A stretch of DNA of 64,000 nucleotides, taken from positions 1,922,001-1,986,000 of the forward strand of contig CM035361.1 of assembly GCA_020137815.1 (NCBI GenBank), written 5' to 3'. Made by a program: the position numbers and the translations under genes. This document shows positions 63,552 through 64,000 of the stretch, piece by piece. Under the pieces are notes generated by a model. It was not told where the DNA came from and did no database searches. It worked only from the letters and a program-made list of their open reading frames with translations. Source of the stretch: Hormiphora californensis. Taxonomy: Eukaryota > Animalia > Ctenophora. Positions within the stretch are counted from its first letter, which is position 1; every line of letters starts with the position of its first letter.

Positions 63552-64000
63552 ATGAACAAAGACGAATCAGACCGGTGTATAGCGATTGCGAGGCGTTGTA
63601 TTGACGCTGGGAACCTTGAAAAAGCTAGGAAGTTCCTCAACAAATCACTTACCCTACACGATAACGAACAAGCTAAGGGTAAGTTGTAGATAAATAATGC
63701 AACCTAAATTAGACCACAGGCTTGTGCTTTTCTCATGGTCATAGCTCCAATCCCTGATTGAAGTTCAACCGATCAACCCCGATTTATCCGCCAGATTGAA
63801 GAGTGGGAGAGAGAGTCTTCAATGAAGACCAATATCATGAATATCACACCCTTTTCCCAGGTCTCCTCGCGAAGTTATCAGAACCCTGTAACTCCAGTTC
63901 GAATGGCCCTAGCAGCAGCAGTAATGGTCCCAGTACCCCGACCACGTCATCAGATAGTGTTCCTAACGGGGGAGGGACGAGAAGGAGAAAACAGGAGGAC
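63552..64000 (+). CDS. DNAJB12: DnaJ homolog subfamily B member 12/14, N-terminal exons (runs off the window)
   Basis: Exon 63552-63678 MNKDESDRCIAIARRCIDAGNLEKARKFLNKSLTL matches the recalled DNAJB12/14 N-terminus; exon 63861-end in frame. Confidence 0.82.

Overview
Eukaryotic, intron-rich animal DNA with (AG)n microsatellites, many palindromic MITEs and one 100-N gap. A ctenophore origin is my inference from the GPCR type and nested genes, not shown. Manual GT-AG exon reconstruction gives: (1) a Slo1/BK-family K+ channel (9589-~21780, +); (2) a frameshifted intronless RRM gene (-); (3) a sphingosine kinase (35961-54051, +) with a same-strand single-exon GPCR nested in an intron; (4) a BRF2-like TFIIB-family factor (56213-~62979, +) with an antisense secreted [novel domain-Sushi]x2 gene nested in an intron; (5) the start of DNAJB12/14. 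Mobile DNA includes an inverted Penelope-like (GIY-YIG) insertion with hammerhead ribozyme motifs in a channel intron, a 5'-truncated L2/CR1 LINE, and foldback/MITE elements. The main discovery is three pairs of tandemly duplicated, apparently mutually exclusive exons, none recognisable as such from the ORF track, each covering a ligand-sensing site. One pair gives two versions of the Slo calcium-bowl exon (both lacking the acidic bowl, separated by a ~100-nt hairpin). Two pairs in sphingosine kinase swap the residues lining the lipid pocket; one of these pairs is only 41 nt apart. All homology calls come from recalled family motifs; no database searches were run.
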